42,801 nucleotides of DNA. Origin: a virus. A model generated the notes under the pieces. The model was not told the origin of the DNA. It ran no database searches and saw nothing but the letters and a program-made list of their open reading frames with translations. This document shows positions 41,901-42,801 of this stretch, in pieces; the stretch's first letter is position 1; each line of letters begins with the position of its first letter. Where the stretch lies: the IMG/VR virus record IMGVR_UViG_3300045988_010248, positions 1-42,801 of that record; one strand, given 5' to 3'. Position numbers and translations under genes: made by a program.

Positions 41901-42801
41901 TGTTAATGGTCTTAGCCGCTTCAGTAGAACCTCCAATGCCATTAAAGACTTCTGAAGGTAATTCTTTACCGCCAAGCTCATAGTCTCTGATGATATTAGC
42001 ACGTCTAGCACTATCACCTACATAAGTACCTGCCTTACCCATACCCTTAAAGGCAAACTCAATACCTGCACCAAACATGCCACCAACAATCATGTCTTCA
42101 ATAAGGTCATGCTCGGCACCTGAGGTATAGGTTTCCAACTGGTTAGACACGGCACCCAAGACAGCGCCCGTGGCAACTCTACCTGCCATGCCATAAGCAC
42201 CCACTACAGGTACATAAGACAAAGGATCAGAGACACCACTACCAATAGAGGACATAAAGGATGAGAACATGTCAGCATTAGCTTCAGCCATCTTGTAATC
42301 AAGGTACTCGTTATTGACCTTGACACGCATCTTAACGTCATCCATACTGCCCGCACCATTGAGGACAGCTTGGTATCTATCGGAGTCATATCCGACCATC
42401 TGAAGGATCTCAGCTCTCTGATTAGCATCAGGCTTAAACTGTTCACCAAAGTAGTCCTGTGAGGCTCTACCCATGTTGATGCTATTGATAAACCAGTTAT
42501 GAGTCAAGCCAGAGAAGAAGCCGACATCAGGGGCTTCCGTTTGATCCGTAGCAGGATCATAGACATCAGACAAACTAGCCCAACGCTTGCTACGAAAACC
42601 CTGACCCAAGAGGGTACTCCTAGAGGTATTCGTTAGAAGCTGACTCTTGACTACATCCCTGTACTGATCGTTAGTGAGATCTTTAACATCAAAAGCCTCA
42701 AGAGAACTCTGAACACCTTGATCGTTGGGTTGCTCAGGTTTCTTTACTTCTGCTAGTGAACTAGCTTCTGCTAGTGAACTAGCTTCTGCTAGTGAACTAG
42801 C
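38926..42801 (-). CDS. gp16-like internal virion protein, C-terminal 1291 codons (the frame is open to the window end and joins 1..511)
   Basis: The frame stays open from 42609 up to 42801 (ASSLAE repeats, then VKKPEQPN...). GVSDPLSYVPVVGAYGMAG parallels T7 gp16 (GVDPLSYVPMVG). A long Lys/Glu coiled-coil segment is present. Confidence 0.9.
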   Translation of the reverse strand, partial: ASSLAEASSLAEASSLAEVKKPEQPNDQGVQSSLEAFDVKDLTNDQYRDVVKSQLLTNTSRSTLLGQGFRSKRWASLSDVYDPATDQTEAPDVGFFSGLTHNWFINSINMGRASQDYFGEQFKPDANQRAEILQMVGYDSDRYQAVLNGAGSMDDVKMRVKVNNEYLDYKMAEANADMFSSFMSSIGSGVSDPLSYVPVVGAYGMAGRVATGAVLGAVSNQLETYTSGAEHDLIEDMIVGGMFGAGIEFAFKGMGKAGTYVGDSARRANIIRDYELGGKELPSEVFNGIGGSTEAAKTINTFRENLEARLPVGSVMGVVKRLQNSESVDLFRKIFVDRGSGTKDAEGHYVATTFDGITAQEKLRDAEIKLTNFEVQARDHVGNLRKEGYSDVDVMDCFYRSIGGAKTKLDGNAEFEAFKKECLDMIAPYTTEGGVQDFFPRVADPVKVSDRIEAIQGTKGQRGDVVNTLTDQIAESLIKGYETNPAVKARIDQYYYDKVYKPKLEANKKEIEEHQKKAVPETVNEVKTIRKEVSRKSSDRFNRIRNIESNARDRVSEIQAKIDDLPDELKKAHSEIDKKVNAKLDEINEAYKKNVAKAKTYEDLEKAEAKKDKAIAELTEKEKLRKQEASDRIAKKKESYKKQIEETKAKAKESTDKLKKEVSDIQKKGAKEEATAIRNYKYDKAPLPLPEKPSQAEINQWVRENARSDAYGWVDQNQSNPSTLNLYGTGNTKYDPNVTRIPWDTTQRGASGVGIDDFRANPIEAIRTYVNKKTGDSIVQGLGFDSEQAFREHLNQLAVDEMNKSVGKGLKKEQIQRAFNLTADMIYGKYGSRADINTSWLGAVADVVRNLTFLSKNALMGVANIFEQGEAVKHYGAVQILRNTPLVRELFDNWTKNGMSNADVRHAQSLIFGLSVKNAGVFRDIAQESYERQLHRFQGNKAKAMLVAASESLAQASPFTKFLQSTENSIVEGSQGMFLGELIQYAHNKSLRPKGFLTKETLARNGVSVENFDKMLKLLRESTTVDKNGAISITNLQHLMSGDVMGLATLRRLGDYVAHEVIQKNTIGDTFLWEGSKRNPFMQMLLQFKTFAIRSYDKRIRKMMNRAAEGDALGQAYSIFLSTALGTVGAMANTCIGMAGMTEEQREEYLKQTVAYDKNEGVTMDTLFQVGINGVMRSSVLAFPALVASTAGYNPSVKTTADIDYFANKAETYQGFDADKYLRAMFPAYSTVASLANIGGYGKDVVMSSISDDYTEKQAEQARTRFAKSVRSFSNVPFFKWGVYNLMNEDY
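42747..42801. repeat. 18-bp tandem repeat, second copy of the window-start repeat block
   Basis: 42753-42801 equals 1-49 exactly. Confidence 0.95.

Noticed and set aside
42747-42801. Window-end/start repeat as a genuine phage direct terminal repeat.
   Set aside because: It lies inside the gp16-like coding sequence, and collapsing it is needed to keep that frame. T7-type DTRs are non-coding and located between the terminase and the early genes.

Overview
The window is one complete, circularly permuted genome of a T7-like podovirus that encodes a single-subunit RNA polymerase. After removing a 49-nt end overlap it is about 42.75 kb. Every credible gene is on the minus strand, and the plus-strand ORFs in the track are antisense noise. 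In phage sense (high to low coordinates, starting near 27.2 kb) the order is as follows. First comes a repeat-rich non-coding junction region with an intrinsic terminator and a near-consensus sigma70 promoter. Next are small early genes, including an acidic protein, a Cys-rich GP88-like protein and a DUF3310-like protein. Then come RNAP, SSB, endonuclease I, amidase, an embedded spanin pair, and a tRNA/HNH cluster. These are followed by thyX, primase-helicase, DNAP and the 5'-3' exonuclease. The virion module follows: gp6.7-like, GNAT, gp7.3-like, portal, scaffold, capsid, tail tube A/B and core proteins. The gp16-like gene crosses the window ends. Last are the tail fibre, a second large tail protein, an nrdD-nrdG-MazG-like insertion, holin, small terminase and large terminase. 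The most notable observations are these. (1) The large terminase gene is interrupted twice by two paralogous td-like group I introns, each carrying a different homing endonuclease in a different peripheral loop. (2) An operon-embedded tRNA cluster contains an HNH endonuclease ORF that terminates on the tRNA-Leu anticodon, plus an aberrant tRNA-like element that lacks a D-arm. (3) A family of about 23-bp phage promoters is present, including one upstream of the RNAP gene itself. (4) The concatemer-junction-like region carries phased short repeats. (5) A GC-rich mosaic patch covers the receptor-binding end of the tail fibre. All family assignments rest on motif recognition and remembered T7 protein sequences; no database search was run.
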